Source: Gammaproteobacteria bacterium (GTDB lineage Bacteria; Pseudomonadota; Gammaproteobacteria; HK1). From it: a stretch of 29,657 bases of DNA. This document shows, piece after piece, positions 17,142 to 25,389 of the stretch. A program made the translations under genes and the position numbers. The stretch covers positions 1 to 29,657 of the forward strand of contig JABDQX010000462.1 of NCBI GenBank assembly GCA_013042035.1. The letters run 5' to 3'. Position 1 is the first letter of the stretch. Every line of letters begins with the position of its first letter. The notes under the pieces were generated by a model. That model was not told the origin of the DNA and ran no database searches. It saw nothing but the letters and a program-made list of their open reading frames with translations.

Positions 17142-17474
17142 ATGGCTATCGAAGTAAACGGTAAAATGTATGAAACGGATGAGGAAGGTTATCTTGCAAA
17201 TCTGAATGAGTGGACCAAGGAAATAGGTGAGGCCATGGCTGTAGCAGATAATGCGGATCTTTCTGAGAGTCACTGGGAAGTGATTAATTTCTTGCGTGAG
17301 TACTACGATGAGTATCAGATTGCGCCGGCGGTTCGGGTTCTTACGAAAGCTATAGGGAAAAAATTCGGTAAAGACAAAGGGAATAGTAAGTATCTCTATG
17401 AGTTGTTTCCCTATGGTCCTGCAAAGCAAGCTTGTAAGTACGCTGGTTTGCCTAAACCTACAGGTTGCGTGTAA
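17142..17474 (+). CDS. dsrC: Sulfur carrier DsrC (authentic, CysB-X10-CysA)
   Basis: C-terminus PAKQACKYAGLPKPTGCV with two Cys separated by 10 residues. Confidence 0.98.
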   Translation: MAIEVNGKMYETDEEGYLANLNEWTKEIGEAMAVADNADLSESHWEVINFLREYYDEYQIAPAVRVLTKAIGKKFGKDKGNSKYLYELFPYGPAKQACKYAGLPKPTGCV

Positions 17475-17507
17475 TTAAATCGGTGATATGGCCGATATAG
17501 GGAATTG

Positions 17508-17537
17508 TAGGCCGGAGCGTTATTATGCTTCGGTCTG
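17508..17537 (+). terminator. Hairpin downstream of dsrC (possible attenuator or stabiliser)
   Basis: TAGGCCGGAGC-GTTATTAT-GCTTCGGTCTG, 11 pairs with wobbles; a T-run starts about 7 nt downstream. Confidence 0.5.
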
Positions 17538-17585
17538 CAGGGTATTTTTTGTTTGGTGGTAAGGTGTAAGGGGAGAACCGGGAAG

Positions 17586-18377
17586 ATGTCGGCTCTAACG
17601 ATTGCATACATCCTTTTGTTCTATGGAGCAGCCTTGGTTTTTGTAATCGGGTTGTTTTATAGGATTTTCAAGTATGCGACGACCCCAGCACCGTTGAAAA
17701 TCCCTACAACTCCGGCACCGCTTAATCAGAGAGGGGTTGTTTTTCGATTGTTTTGGGAGGTTGTGTTTTTTAGGAGTCTTTTTCGTAGTGCCAAATGGAT
17801 ATGGTTGTTTGGATGGATGTTTCATTTAGCGTTGTTTGTGATCGTGCTTCGGCATCTACGATATTTCACGGATCCGGTTTGGGCTCCAATTGAACTAATT
17901 CAACCCTTTGGTATTTATGCTGGTTTTGTGATGTCGGTAGGTCTTATTGGCCTGTGGGTGCGGAGATTTTCCGTAGCGCGCGTACGTTATGTATCCGTAA
18001 TTTCAGATCATTTTATGCTTGTGCTTCTGTTAGCTATTGTCGTGAGCGGGCTGGCGATGAAGTATGTTGTGCATACCGATATTGTCGCATTTAAAACGTT
18101 TATTTTAGGTATTATGAGTTTTCAATGGGTTTCGCTTCCAGGTACTGGTGCAGGGGAAGCCCCGAATGTTGCGCTTTTGATTCATCTTTTCCTCGTGGCA
18201 GTGTTGATGCTTATATTCCCTTTCAGCAAGCTTATGCATGCCCCGGGATTATTTTTCTGTCCCACTCGAAATCAAATAGACAATCCTCGTGCGGAGCGTG
18301 GTCTGAGATCCCATGAAAGTAGGCATGTTGCGCAATGGGCGCTTGATAGTGAATCGGTAGGTAAGTCCGGTGTCTGA
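17586..18377 (+). CDS. dsrM: DsrM, NarI-like membrane b-type cytochrome
   Basis: PAPLKIPTTPAP, WMFH, LRHLRY, HLFLV and PFSKLMH (heme b His ligands). Start moved to ATG 17586. Confidence 0.96.
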   Translation: MSALTIAYILLFYGAALVFVIGLFYRIFKYATTPAPLKIPTTPAPLNQRGVVFRLFWEVVFFRSLFRSAKWIWLFGWMFHLALFVIVLRHLRYFTDPVWAPIELIQPFGIYAGFVMSVGLIGLWVRRFSVARVRYVSVISDHFMLVLLLAIVVSGLAMKYVVHTDIVAFKTFILGIMSFQWVSLPGTGAGEAPNVALLIHLFLVAVLMLIFPFSKLMHAPGLFFCPTRNQIDNPRAERGLRSHESRHVAQWALDSESVGKSGV

Positions 18378-18409
18378 AAGTGAATATCGTTTGAGGGGGA
18401 TATCATCAA

Positions 18410-19903
18410 ATGGCTAAATTCGAAACGCCGGCACTCAAGGAATATCTGGAGATGCCTGCCTCCCTTAAAAAAGATTCCATGGTTCATAGTGGACCGTTTG
18501 TTGCTGCGCCTCAACACCAAGAACCATTGGGTTTTCCAGGTGAGTTGGTGGATAACTGGCAGGATGTTGCTATCGAGAAGATGGGTGAGTTGCTAGGGAA
18601 GTATCGCTCTCTCCGCGTTTTCCTGGATTCCTGCGTTAAGTGTGGTGCTTGTACCGATAAGTGTCATTATTTCCTAGGGACATCTGATCCGAATAATATG
18701 CCTGTTGCAAGACAGGATCTGTTCCGTAGCGTCTATCGTCGTTACTTCACCTTAGGGGGGAAGCTTTTTCCCAAGCTTGTTGGTGCTGTTAAACTTGATG
18801 AGGGCGTTTTGGATCAATGGTGGAGCTACTATCATCAGTGTTCGCAATGTCGACGTTGTTCGGTTTTTTGCCCGTATGGAATTGATACGGCTGAAATCTC
18901 AATGGCTGCGCGAGAGATTATGGCCTCGGTTGGGAAAGGGCAAAAGTATAGCAATGAAATTATCGCTAAGGTTTTTAAAATAGGTAATAATTTAGGGCTT
19001 CCCGAACCGGCGTTGGTCGATACCATGGAGGGGTTGGAAGAAGATGTGAAGGACGAGACCGGGGTAGCTGTGCGTTATCCTGTGGACGTGGAAGGCGCGG
19101 ATGTTTTGTTAGTTACGCCTTCAGCTGATTTTTTTGCTGAACCCCATGTGGATGGCTTGATAGGGTATGGGAAGGTTTTTCATCAAGCAGGTATTAGCTG
19201 GACGGTAAGTTCTTATGCTTCGGAAGCCGCGAATTTCGGTATGTTCGTTGGTAGCTACGAGAACATGCGAAAGATAGCTCTGAGGATTCGGAAGGCTGCT
19301 CTTGACCTTGGGGTTAAGCGTATAGTGTTCGGTGAGTGTGGTCACGCATGGCGTGTCGCATATAGTTTTTTGAATACTTTAGCCGGTCCCTTTGATTTTC
19401 TTGATTCCAAGTACCCGGTTCCTCAGCACATCATTGAAGTAACCCATGATCTTATCAAGCGAGGTGCGTTAACCCTTGATAAATCTGCTAATGATGATAA
19501 GCGGGTTACGTTCCATGATTCCTGCAATGTGGCCAGAGCATCGCGCATGGGTGATATGCCGGGGGGGCAGTTCATCCTACCTAGGGAAGTGATAAAGGCA
19601 TGTTGTAGTCATTTTTTTGATATGGCTTCGGACACTATACACGATAGCACTTTTTGTTGTGGCGGTGGCGGTGGTCTTTTAACGGATGATCTCATGGAGT
19701 TGCGCGTAAAAGGGGCAATGCCAAGGATGCAAGCCTTAAAAGACGTTACTGAGAGACATCAGGTAACCCATCTTGCGGCTATTTGTGCAATTTGTAAGAG
19801 TCAATTTTCGAAAGTCCTTCCCTACTATGGGTTTACCATGGATCAGGTTGTCAGTGTTCATCAGCTGGTAAGCGAAGCTATTGTGTTAGGAGCGAAGGAC
19901 TAG
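18410..19903 (+). CDS. dsrK: DsrK, HdrD-like Fe-S protein
   Basis: CVKCGACTDKC, CSQCRRCSVFC, GECGH, HDSCN, CCGGGGG and CAIC motifs. Confidence 0.97.
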   Translation: MAKFETPALKEYLEMPASLKKDSMVHSGPFVAAPQHQEPLGFPGELVDNWQDVAIEKMGELLGKYRSLRVFLDSCVKCGACTDKCHYFLGTSDPNNMPVARQDLFRSVYRRYFTLGGKLFPKLVGAVKLDEGVLDQWWSYYHQCSQCRRCSVFCPYGIDTAEISMAAREIMASVGKGQKYSNEIIAKVFKIGNNLGLPEPALVDTMEGLEEDVKDETGVAVRYPVDVEGADVLLVTPSADFFAEPHVDGLIGYGKVFHQAGISWTVSSYASEAANFGMFVGSYENMRKIALRIRKAALDLGVKRIVFGECGHAWRVAYSFLNTLAGPFDFLDSKYPVPQHIIEVTHDLIKRGALTLDKSANDDKRVTFHDSCNVARASRMGDMPGGQFILPREVIKACCSHFFDMASDTIHDSTFCCGGGGGLLTDDLMELRVKGAMPRMQALKDVTERHQVTHLAAICAICKSQFSKVLPYYGFTMDQVVSVHQLVSEAIVLGAKD

Positions 19904-19978
19904 AGCGAATTCGTTTCCCTTAGCAAAATTTCTTGTTGAATTAAATAGATTATTGATTTTAGGTTAGGAGATTCCATC

Positions 19979-21937
19979 ATGGCGACTCCGTGGAGCAAAA
20001 CGTACAGGGCAGAAAACCATACTTTTCGGAAGTTCAAAGAGGGAGAGAGTACATGGTCCAATTGGGAGGCTAGCATTTTTGTAGCCGATACTTCCCATAA
20101 ATGTCCCACGTATGTTCATCGTACCCCGCCTTGCCAGGGGAGTTGTCCTGCAGGTGAGGATATCCGTGGATGGTTGCAGATCGTGCGGGGGATAGAAAAA
20201 CCACCTGAGGGTATGAGTTGGCAGGAATATGCGTTTCGTCGTTCCACGAATGCCAATCCGTTTCCAGCACAGATGGGGCGTGTTTGTCCCGCGCCATGTC
20301 AAGATGGCTGTAACCGCAACGAAGTGGAAGATTTTGTACATATTAATGCTATTGAGCAGTATCTTGGTGATTATGCAAACGAGCAGGGTTTCCGCTTTGA
20401 ATGTCCGGAACAGGTAAGCGGTAAAAAAATCGCTATTATTGGTGGTGGGCCCGCAGGGATGACGGCTGCGTATCAATTGCGGCGCAAAGGCCATGGAAGT
20501 ACCATCTTTGATGATCATGCAGAGTTGGGTGGCATGATGCGTTACGGTATTCCAGGGTATCGTGTGCCGCGTGATAATCTCGGTAAGGAAATCCAACGGA
20601 TCATTGATATGGGTAGTATTGAGGTCCGTACAGAAATAAAAGTGGGTAAGGACATTACCATTGAAGAGCTTGAAAATCAGTTTGATGCTATCTTGTGGAC
20701 TATTGGTTGCCAAAATGGTCGTCCGTTGCCAGTTGCTGGATCCGATGCGCCGAATTGTATTACCGGCGTTCAATTTCTAGACGCTTTCAACTCGGGACGT
20801 ATGCAGGCTGCTGCGAAGCGCGTTGTGTGTGTTGGTGGGGGTGATACGTCCATTGATGTGGTTTCCGTGGCACGTCGTATGGGGCACATTCAGACTTTCC
20901 ATCCCAACGAACGAGCAGAGGATTTTGTGCATGGTTTTGTGGCCCATGATGCGGCTACTGCTGCGAAAGCGGAAGGTGCCGAAGTTACATTGACCTCCTT
21001 GTTCAAGAAGGAGGAGATGACTGCAGCTGAGCATGAAGTTCAAGATGCGCTGACTGAAGGTGTTACGATTCTGGATGGGGTTATGCCGGTAGAAGTGTTA
21101 TTGAATGATGCTGGTAGAGCTCGTGCGTTGAAGATGGCTAAGTGTACTATTGACGCTAAAGGTATTCCTACACCCGTTGAAGGCACTGGGTTTGAACTAG
21201 AGTGCGATCTGGTTGTATCGGCTATCGGTCAGGGTGGTGAACTGAGTGGTCTTGAAGTGCTTAATAATGGTCGTGGTTTTATCAATGCGGATAATCACTA
21301 CCGAGCATCGGATCGGGCAGGGCATTTTGTAGCTGGCGACATTGTACGTCCTCACCTTTTAACAACAGCTATTGGTCAAGCATCCATAGCTGCTCAGAGT
21401 ATTGATAATTATCTTAAAGGCGATGAATTCGGTAAGCGTCCGAAAGTTGATGTACACCATTTCAATTTATTGAATAAGTTGCGCGAAAGAGGGCTTGAGC
21501 CGGAAGAATATAAATCAGTACAGGACTGGGGAACATGCGAGGCCGACTGGGCGATTCATAATTTCGAAGACCGTTCTGCCCATGAAATTGTGCATGCCGA
21601 GGAGTTATTTCTAGGGCATTTTGGGTATGTACCGCGCTATGTTCGTAGTGAAGAAGTCCCTACAGCAGAAGCGGTACTTGGGCACTTTAAAGAGCGGTTA
21701 ATAGGGTTGGGCGAGGAAGAAACGATCGCAGAGGCTAAGCGCTGCATGAGTTGCGGTATGTGTTTTGAGTGTGACAATTGCGTTATCTTTTGCCCGCAGG
21801 ATGCCGTATTTCGTGTCAAAAAAGACAAAAGTGCCATAGGGCGCTATGTGGATACGGATTACAATCGGTGTGTAGGATGTCACATTTGTGCCGATGTTTG
21901 TCCTACAGGGTATATTGATATGGGGCTTGGTGAGTGA
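19979..21937 (+). CDS. dsrL: DsrL, Fe-S flavoprotein NAD(P)H oxidoreductase
   Basis: PCQGSCPAG, CPAPCQ..C, GGGPAG, GGGDTS and C-terminal ferredoxin CMSCGMCFECDNC/CVGCHICADVC motifs. Confidence 0.97.
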   Translation: MATPWSKTYRAENHTFRKFKEGESTWSNWEASIFVADTSHKCPTYVHRTPPCQGSCPAGEDIRGWLQIVRGIEKPPEGMSWQEYAFRRSTNANPFPAQMGRVCPAPCQDGCNRNEVEDFVHINAIEQYLGDYANEQGFRFECPEQVSGKKIAIIGGGPAGMTAAYQLRRKGHGSTIFDDHAELGGMMRYGIPGYRVPRDNLGKEIQRIIDMGSIEVRTEIKVGKDITIEELENQFDAILWTIGCQNGRPLPVAGSDAPNCITGVQFLDAFNSGRMQAAAKRVVCVGGGDTSIDVVSVARRMGHIQTFHPNERAEDFVHGFVAHDAATAAKAEGAEVTLTSLFKKEEMTAAEHEVQDALTEGVTILDGVMPVEVLLNDAGRARALKMAKCTIDAKGIPTPVEGTGFELECDLVVSAIGQGGELSGLEVLNNGRGFINADNHYRASDRAGHFVAGDIVRPHLLTTAIGQASIAAQSIDNYLKGDEFGKRPKVDVHHFNLLNKLRERGLEPEEYKSVQDWGTCEADWAIHNFEDRSAHEIVHAEELFLGHFGYVPRYVRSEEVPTAEAVLGHFKERLIGLGEEETIAEAKRCMSCGMCFECDNCVIFCPQDAVFRVKKDKSAIGRYVDTDYNRCVGCHICADVCPTGYIDMGLGE

Positions 21938-22338
21938 TTCGAGTGTTTGCCATGCGTAAGTTTTGGCTTTTTTTCGTGTTAGCTGTCGTGAGTACGGCAG
22001 TGAGTGGGTTTGTCTTTGCGGGGCAGGAAAATGCACTGCTCTCTGGTGGTGCCGTATCCAAGTGGAAGGGTGATGCGTGTGTTGAGGCAACACCGGTTAT
22101 GCGTAGAGAGCATATGGATTTTCTGCTTAAGCAGCGTGACGAAACTATGCGTCAAGGGATTCGCAATGGGCCTTATAGCTTAAAGGGATGTATAGAGTGT
22201 CATGCGCAGGAAGATGAGCAGGGGCAGGAGATTCCGGTGAACGCTTCAGGGCAGTTCTGTCAGGAATGTCACCAATATGTTGCTGTGAGCATTGATTGTT
22301 TTCAATGTCATGTAGCTACCTCGGAACCCAGGAAATGA
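21934..22338 (+). CDS. dsrJ: DsrJ, periplasmic triheme cytochrome c
   Basis: Signal/anchor sequence; CIECH, CQECH and CFQCH; MRREHM. Start is GTG 21934 or ATG 21952. Confidence 0.95.
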   Translation: MIRVFAMRKFWLFFVLAVVSTAVSGFVFAGQENALLSGGAVSKWKGDACVEATPVMRREHMDFLLKQRDETMRQGIRNGPYSLKGCIECHAQEDEQGQEIPVNASGQFCQECHQYVAVSIDCFQCHVATSEPRK

Positions 22339-22407
22339 CTAGGAAACAAGCGGATTTTGTGTCGTATCATGGCTGGGGGTTATATCTCTAAGTGATATAT
22401 CCTCTTA

Positions 22408-23205
22408 ATGAGTAGTTTGATGAGTGATAACCTGACAAGTGTTAAACAAAGTAAGTTAACTGTGTCAAGCAATAATGTTGACCGGCGCGGCTTTTTAAGT
22501 AGCGTGAGTGCAATAGCGGCTGTTACAGTTGCTCCTGGCGTTGCTTTGGTGGGGTTTGCGGAAGCGCGCTCTGTGGACAAAGAACCGGTGACCGACGCTC
22601 GGCGCTGGGGGATGTTGATAGACTCAAGCCGATGTGTTCGAGGTTGTGATGCATGCGTCTCGGCATGTGGGAAAGAAAATGGTCTTGCCAGTTATAGCAG
22701 GCCGCAGACGGATGTTCAGTGGGTTAGGAAGGTTACGGTTCGTGATACTCGAACCAGACGGATAACATCGCTACCGGTTATGTGCCAGCATTGTCAGGAT
22801 CCGCCTTGTGTTGATGTTTGCCCCACAGGTGCTTCGTTTCGGCGTACGGATGGGATCGTGCTTGTAGACCGGCATATCTGTATTGGATGTCGTTATTGCA
22901 TGATGGCTTGTCCTTACAAGGCGCGATCATTTGCCCATGAGTCGGCAAATAATCAAAAGTCGCATGCGCCTCGTGGGAAAGGAACTGTTGAGGCTTGCAC
23001 GTTCTGCGTACATCGTGTTGACGAGAATTCTGATCGAACGCCTGCTTGTGTTGAGGCTTGTGCCGCCCAAGGGCATGGTGCCATGGTGTTCGGTGATCTG
23101 AATGATCCTAATAGCCAGCTCTCCAAAGACCTCGATAAGTATTCCAGTACGGAGCTTCGAGGAGATATGGGGTTGAATCCGGGTGTGCGATATCGAAATA
23201 TCTAG
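22408..23205 (+). CDS. dsrO: DsrO, Tat-exported ferredoxin-like protein
   Basis: RRGFL twin-arginine motif; CQHCQDPPC, CIGCRYCMMACP and CTFC motifs. Confidence 0.96.
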   Translation: MSSLMSDNLTSVKQSKLTVSSNNVDRRGFLSSVSAIAAVTVAPGVALVGFAEARSVDKEPVTDARRWGMLIDSSRCVRGCDACVSACGKENGLASYSRPQTDVQWVRKVTVRDTRTRRITSLPVMCQHCQDPPCVDVCPTGASFRRTDGIVLVDRHICIGCRYCMMACPYKARSFAHESANNQKSHAPRGKGTVEACTFCVHRVDENSDRTPACVEACAAQGHGAMVFGDLNDPNSQLSKDLDKYSSTELRGDMGLNPGVRYRNI

Positions 23206-23290
23206 TTATAATCGCCTAAATATGCGTTTTATTCCCTATAAGCAGACAAAGATTTTGTCTTTGTACCGACCTTGTAGTCCGTAGGGCCAC

Positions 23291-24553
23291 ATGATGAAAA
23301 TTGTTGATTATGTTGAAATAGAAGGCCGTAGCATAGGCTACTGGGTTTTGTTAGCTATCCTAGGCGCGGGAGCCGCAGCTGGCTTGGGCGCAAGCTATTA
23401 TATGGAGCATCATGGTCACTGGGTAACAGGGATGTCGAATCAGATCGTGTGGGGAACTCCTCATGTTTTTGCCGTATTCCTTATTGTTGCTGCATCGGGA
23501 GCATTGAATGTTGCTTCGATTGCGTCTGTCTTTAACCGTGTAATGTATAAGCCGCTCTCGCGTTTTTCGGGACTTTTGGCTATCGCGCTGTTAATCGGTG
23601 GACTTGCGGTGCTCGTTCTTGATTTGGGGCGCCCTGATCGACTGGTAGTAGCGATGACTAGTTACAATTTTAAGTCGATCTTCACGTGGAATATTTTTCT
23701 ATATACGGGCTTTGTTGTTATCGTTGCCGCATACCTGTGGATGATGATGGAGCGGCGTATGAACCGGTATAGCAAGCCGGTAGGAATGTTTGCGTTCGTT
23801 TGGCGTTTGGCACTGACTACAGGTACCGGTTCTATATTTGGGTTCTTGGTAGCGCGGCAAGCCTTTGATGCTGCAGTTATGGGCCCGATGTTTGTAGTGA
23901 TGTCATTTTCTTATGGTCTGGCGTTTTTTATTCTGCTGTTGATGTGGACCTACCACATGTCAGGCAGAACGCTTGGCGATGCGATTTTGCTGCGGTTGAA
24001 AAATTTGCTTGGTGTGTTTATAGCAGGGGTTCTATACTTTGTGTTAGCGTACCATCTCACTAATCTGTATGCCGCTGAGCATCGCGGGGTGGAACAGTTT
24101 ATTTTGGTGAGTGGTGGGATATACACCCAGGCATTTTGGATCGGAGTGGTGATGCTTGGGTCCATAGTACCGTTCCTCATCTTTCATTTGCCATCTACGG
24201 AAAAATCCCGGTTGGGGATTGCTGTTGGTTCAGTGCTGGTGATTCTTGGCGGGATTGCCCATATATTTGTGATTATCGTTGGGGGACAGGCATACCCGTT
24301 AGTGATTTTCCCAGGGAAGGAAATTATCGAAAGTAGCTTTTTCGATGGTCAAGTGGCTTCCTATGCTCCAAGCTTGCCAGAGGTTATTTTGGGAGTAAGC
24401 GGAATAGCCATCGCCTTGCTTTTGGTTAGCATTGCTATAAAAGTCCTTCGTTTTCTGCCGGATAGTCTTGCCGATGATGTGGTATTTTCTGTTGGCAGTG
24501 ATGCTGTCCTCGGAGAAGAAGAGAAGGCCGCAGCGTCGTCTGCTGGCGCGTGA
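23291..24553 (+). CDS. dsrP: DsrP, NrfD-family membrane protein
   Basis: TGMSNQIVWG.PH, DLGRPDRL and SIFTWN motifs; about 10 TM helices. Confidence 0.96.
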   Translation: MMKIVDYVEIEGRSIGYWVLLAILGAGAAAGLGASYYMEHHGHWVTGMSNQIVWGTPHVFAVFLIVAASGALNVASIASVFNRVMYKPLSRFSGLLAIALLIGGLAVLVLDLGRPDRLVVAMTSYNFKSIFTWNIFLYTGFVVIVAAYLWMMMERRMNRYSKPVGMFAFVWRLALTTGTGSIFGFLVARQAFDAAVMGPMFVVMSFSYGLAFFILLLMWTYHMSGRTLGDAILLRLKNLLGVFIAGVLYFVLAYHLTNLYAAEHRGVEQFILVSGGIYTQAFWIGVVMLGSIVPFLIFHLPSTEKSRLGIAVGSVLVILGGIAHIFVIIVGGQAYPLVIFPGKEIIESSFFDGQVASYAPSLPEVILGVSGIAIALLLVSIAIKVLRFLPDSLADDVVFSVGSDAVLGEEEKAAASSAGA

Positions 24554-24568
24554 TTTTATAGCATAGCT

Positions 24569-25066
24569 ATGCAGTTTGATGTTAGCAGGGAAGATGTCAA
24601 AAAGGCTGCAATCCCTCATGAAATATTTTTGTTTAATCTGATTGGCAACCATATCTTAATTTTCATTGCCTCGCTTGGGATGTTTGGGGGTTTTCCCTAT
24701 CCGCTGTATCTGGTACCCGTTATCTCTGTTTCCTGTTTGCTCTATACGCTATGGCGCGCTAAGCGCTCCCTGAAAGTAGATCCGTGGTTTGCGCTTTGCC
24801 ATTGGCAGGTTTCTGCTCGCCGTGCTAAAGCTTTTATCGGTATGCTCTCCCTTTTGGGCGCCGTATCGCTTTTGGGTTGGCTAGGATATGCTTATCTTGG
24901 CATGATGAAGGAAGCAGTCTACGCCCTTATCGGTGGTATCGGTCTTTTACCTACCATGATGACGATGTTAATTCTGATTATCATGGAATCTGACGGGCTA
25001 TATCAAGCACATCAGCGCAAATTGTCCGCTGCTTGGGTTCTGAAGAAATTTCCCAGGCAAGATTAG
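24569..25066 (+). CDS. Hypothetical 4-TM membrane protein, probably co-transcribed with dsrP
   Basis: 165-aa ORF starting 15 nt after dsrP; four hydrophobic segments; PHEIFLFNLIGNH and WFALCHWQ motifs. Confidence 0.8.
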   Translation: MQFDVSREDVKKAAIPHEIFLFNLIGNHILIFIASLGMFGGFPYPLYLVPVISVSCLLYTLWRAKRSLKVDPWFALCHWQVSARRAKAFIGMLSLLGAVSLLGWLGYAYLGMMKEAVYALIGGIGLLPTMMTMLILIIMESDGLYQAHQRKLSAAWVLKKFPRQD

Positions 25067-25145
25067 GAGACTGGTTGCGTGTGTGTGTGATTCCTGGCTC
25101 TGACTTCAAGTGTATTGCGGAAACAGAATTGTCCAGTCTTGTACT

Positions 25146-25170
25146 GCGAGGCAGCATAAGACAGCTTCGC
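25146..25170 (+). terminator. Hairpin after the last dsr-operon gene
   Basis: GCGAGGC-(11 nt)-GCTTCGC. No U-tract. Confidence 0.35.
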
Positions 25171-25342
25171 TAATCAATCTCATTTGAGTTCTGTTGGCAA
25201 ACGTTTACCTTTTAACCGCCAGCCCTTCCCAACCCGGATTATTTCCCGTTTACGCGCTAACATTACGGCATGGCATATTCGTGTGTTAGCAAGCGTCTCT
25301 GTGTTTTTTCTGCGGATGCGCTATATTCCTTCTGATAACCCT

Positions 25343-25387
25343 TTGCCCTGTAAATCAGGGCTATATAATTTTGCGGAGCAAAATTAT
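25343..25387 (+). promoter_or_regulatory. Inverted repeat over the putative -10/RBS of the PFOR gene
   Basis: ATAATTTTGC-GGA-GCAAAATTAT (25365-25387) overlaps TATAAT (25364-25369) and GGAG (25375-25378). A second IR, GCCCTG-TAAAT-CAGGGC, lies at 25345-25361. Confidence 0.5.
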
Positions 25388-25389
25388 TT

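Noticed and set aside
14465-17535. Long-range nested helix between the post-dsrA and post-dsrC elements that would loop out dsrBEFHC
   Set aside because: The arm order gives crossing rather than nested pairings, and the local hairpins would form first.
14650-17585. ORF-track starts at 14650, 15767 and 17553 (also 3983 and 5351)
   Set aside because: Downstream ATGs have better RBSs or match family N-termini, so the starts were moved to 14668, 15800, 17586, 3956 and 5330.
19964-20773. 269-aa minus-strand ORF over dsrL
   Set aside because: Fully antisense to a conserved gene; no RBS or domain signature.
2703-25066. Codon-usage contrast between nuo genes (C-ending) and dsr genes (T-ending) as a sign of horizontal transfer
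   Set aside because: The + strand appears G/T-rich throughout, so opposite gene orientation with replication strand bias explains it. Not quantified.
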